Source: Centroscyllium fabricii
Lineage: Eukaryota
Reading direction: 5' to 3'
DNA length: 64,000 bases
Assembly (NCBI GenBank): GCA_051313645.2
Contig: JBNRSN020000019.1
Coordinates: 80,662,001 to 80,726,000 of the forward strand
Shown here: piece by piece, positions 60,857 through 64,000 of the stretch
How the letters are laid out: each line of letters begins with the position of its first letter
Position numbering within the stretch: the first letter of the stretch is position 1
Position numbers and translations under genes: made by a program
The notes under the pieces: model-generated
The model's database searches: none
The model's input: only the letters and a program-made list of their open reading frames with translations
What the model was told of the DNA's origin: nothing

Positions 60857-63800
60857 TGTGGTGATATTTACCCTCTGCCCAGTAGGGGGAACATAGCATA
60901 AACAGAAAGTGAAAGTATATATTAAACAGTGAGCCTCGAGTAATGGCTGCTCCCACAAGCTGTCTCTGTCTCGGTCATTTGAGCACATTACATGGTGTCA
61001 GAATTGAGATCTGAACCCACAATGGAACTAACTTCCCCAGTGAAACCAGTCAGCTCCCGGTGAGTGAAGGTTTACGATAGCTATTTAAGCCAGGATGGAG
61101 ATAACCAGAAGGGACTGAGAGAGAGAAAAAAAAGTGTACTTACTAAGTGCTGCTTAGCTTACTATCATGGCCACTCAAAGTCCTGCATTCTTTCAGATTT
61201 CTCCCCCCTCTAAGTATGATTTTACACGGCCGGAAGAGTGGCCGTTGTGGATCAGCAGATTTGAGCATTTCAGACAGGCTTCAGGCCTTGATAAACAGAC
61301 ACAGGAAAAACAGGTCAATACACTATTATATTCCATGGGAGCGGAGGCTGAAGCGATCGTCCGGTGCAGGAATATTATGGCTGATCAACTGAAAAGCTAT
61401 GACACAGTTAAAACGGAGTTGTCTAATCATTTCATCCTGCGGATGAATTTGATATTTGAACGTGCAAGATTCCATAGGTGCGTGCAGGAGAGGGGGGAAT
61501 CATGTGATAGCTTCATCAAAGCGCTACATGAGCTCATCAAACACTGTGAATATGGAGATATGCTGGATGGACTAATTTGTGACAGATTGGTTGTTGGACT
61601 AAGGGATCTTAAACTCTCTGGAAAATTACCTCTCAGTTGACAAAGCAAAAACACAGGTTTTCCAAAGTGAAACAATAACGAAACAGAAATCAATGCTTCA
61701 GAAAGATAGTAATGAGGAGGAGGAGGAGGAGTACATTGAAACCATAAGTGCCCCCCGACAAGCAGGTCCCCAAAAACATTTTTCTACCAACTCAAGCCAA
61801 ACTGACTCACGTGAATATGTACAGAGGCCTCGCACTGGAACTCAAACTGGAACACATTTCCAACCACAAAAGCGGAGTTGCAGATGGTGTGGCCGGAGTA
61901 CACACAATAGACAAATCTGTCAAGCCAAAGATGTTAGCTGCAGGAATTGCCAGGAAAAGGGACATTTTGCTGCAGTTTGCCAATCCACACCTGCGGTTGC
62001 TGAAATATTAAATAGCGTTCCTGGGGCCAATTGGAGATGGGCAGGACCAGCCGTGGATCATCACTCTAAGCCTGTGTGGTCACATGACTGAATTCAAAAT
62101 CGATACAGGGGCTGATGTCACTGTCATCCCGGAGTGCCTCTACAACGACCTAGGTCTAGAGGCTCTTCAGAGCACCTCTAAGATTCTTCAGGGACCTGGT
62201 CAAGTCCCGTTGAATGTCAGAGGAAGATTTTCAGCTACCCTGACCCATGGTCCACGGTCTGCAAAGCAGGTTGTGTATGTGGTACGAGGTCTACGGACAG
62301 CGCTTCTCGGTTGGCCCGCCAGCATTTCCCTACATCTGGTGTGCAGATTGGACCTACAAGTAGCAGAGACAGTATCTACGGACCTCGAATGGGAGGTCAG
62401 ACAGCAGTTCCCCAGACTGTTTCAAGGCATTGGGCGACTGCAAGAAGAGTATTACATTCGCCTCAAGCCAGAGGCCAAACCTTTTGCTCTCTCTACACCC
62501 CGACGTGTCTCACTCCCCCTTATAACCAAAGTTAAGGAGGAACTAACCCACATGGAGCAACTGGGGATAATTGCAAGAGTTGAGAAACCCACAGCCTGGT
62601 GCTCCGGAATGGTTGTAGTCCCAATACCCAATGGAAAAATCAGAATCTGCGTAGACCGAACAAAACTCAATGAAAGTGTCTGTAGAGAGCTGCATCTCTC
62701 ACCCTGCGTAGAGCACACTCTGGGGCAGCTGAAAGATGCAAAGGTTTTTACAAAGCTTGACGCTCAATCTGGTTTCTGGCAAATACCCTTGACAGAGGAG
62801 TCAAAACGTCTTACCATGTTCATCACGCCATTCGGATGTTACTGTTTCCACAGACTGCCCTTTGGAATATCCTCCACTCCTGAGCATTTCCAGTGCCGCA
62901 TGTCCCGACTCCTTCAGGGACTTGATGGTGTCTTATGCCAAATGGATGAGGTGTTGGTGTTTGGTGCAACCCAAGAACACCACAATCAGCGACTGTTTGC
63001 AATTCTCGGTAGGCTACAGCAAGCTGAACTTACTCTTAACTCCAAATGTGAATTCGCCAAAACACAGATGAAATTTCTCGGCCGGGTCATCGACCGGACC
63101 GGGGTCAGAGCAGATCCTGACAAAGTCAAGGCCCTCACACATATGGCCGCACCAAGGAATGTATCTGAAATACGCCGCTTCATGAGCCTGGTCAATCACT
63201 TGGGCAAATACATACCCCATCTAGACGATAAAACCAAACCGCTCTGGGATCTCCTCAACAGGCAGACCTCATGGTATTGGGGACCCCAGCAGTCCCAAGC
63301 TTTCACTGAGATAAAGACAGAGCTAACCACCCTGCCAGGCCTTGCACTGTATGATCCCAATACACTCACTAAAGTGTCAGCTGATGCCTCATCGTTTGGC
63401 TTGGGTGCAGTCCTTTTACAAAAGACACCTGACACTGACTGGCGCCCTGTAGCCTATGCTTCATGAGCTCTTTCAAAAACAGAGCAGCACTATGTGCAGA
63501 TTGAAACAGAGGCCCTGGCCATTAGTGTGAGCGCTATAGAGACTTCCTAATAGGCATGACATTCCAGGTCAAAATAGATCACAAGCCCCTCCTTACACTA
63601 TTGAGATCTAAAAACTTGAACGAGTTGTCCCCCCGCATTCAGCGCTTTCGAATGCGACTCATGCACTTTCACTTCGCTATATCAAATGTGCCAGGGAAGA
63701 GCCTAGCAACTGCCAACGTCCTCTCCAGAGCTCCCTACCAGCCACTGGTGGATGATTCCTCTGAGGTGCAGTGCATAGAGAATTATGTACACTCAATACT

Positions 63801-64000
63801 CACTGCACTGCCCATTCCCGAGAAACACCTGGCTGCACTTCGTCAAGAACAGGAAATGGATGAACTACTTCGTCAGGTCTTCACATACTGCCGTGAGGGC
63901 TGGCCAGATCATGCGAAACTTGACAACACTCTTAGACCTTAAGCAGCTGTTTCAGTTGACCTCACTATTGCACAAGGATCGCTGCTACAAGGATGCCGGT
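60857..64000 (+). mobile_element. Decayed Mag-clade Gypsy retrotransposon running off the window (LTR start uncertain)
   Basis: LTR end ...attaca at 60992, then PBS tggtgtcagaa (tRNA-Leu-like). Gag 61167-~62010 with two CCHC motifs; protease IDTGA; RT motif decayed to QMDE; stops and frameshifts. Confidence 0.85.

Overview
Eukaryotic, vertebrate genomic DNA, almost certainly from a cartilaginous fish (HE1-type V-SINEs, Deu-domain SINEs, abundant CR1). It lies inside a minus-strand tryptophan hydroxylase gene most similar to TPH2. Five intact coding exons (197, 136, 127, 96 and 134 bp, equivalent to human exons 6-10) were read and spliced by hand; two consecutive ones end in GC rather than GT donors. 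I could not find the flanking exons, so they are probably outside the window. The rest is intron dominated by transposons: several Ty3/Gypsy families (CsRn1-like, chromovirus/sushi-like, two Mag-type), nested solo LTRs with clear TSDs, an ERV-like solo LTR, one CR1 with an intact ORF2 plus many CR1 fragments, RTE and Rex1 fragments, palindromic Penelope-like insertions with minimal hammerhead motifs, Tc1/mariner-type MITEs and Harbinger-like TIR elements. The best leads are the tandem GC-AG introns, a non-chromovirus Gypsy lacking a tRNA PBS but with a self-complementary leader, an in-phase slippery heptamer at the CR1 ORF1/ORF2 junction, and TIR elements packed with 5' splice-site motifs. Family names come from motif recognition, not database searches. 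TE boundaries without a stated TSD are approximate.
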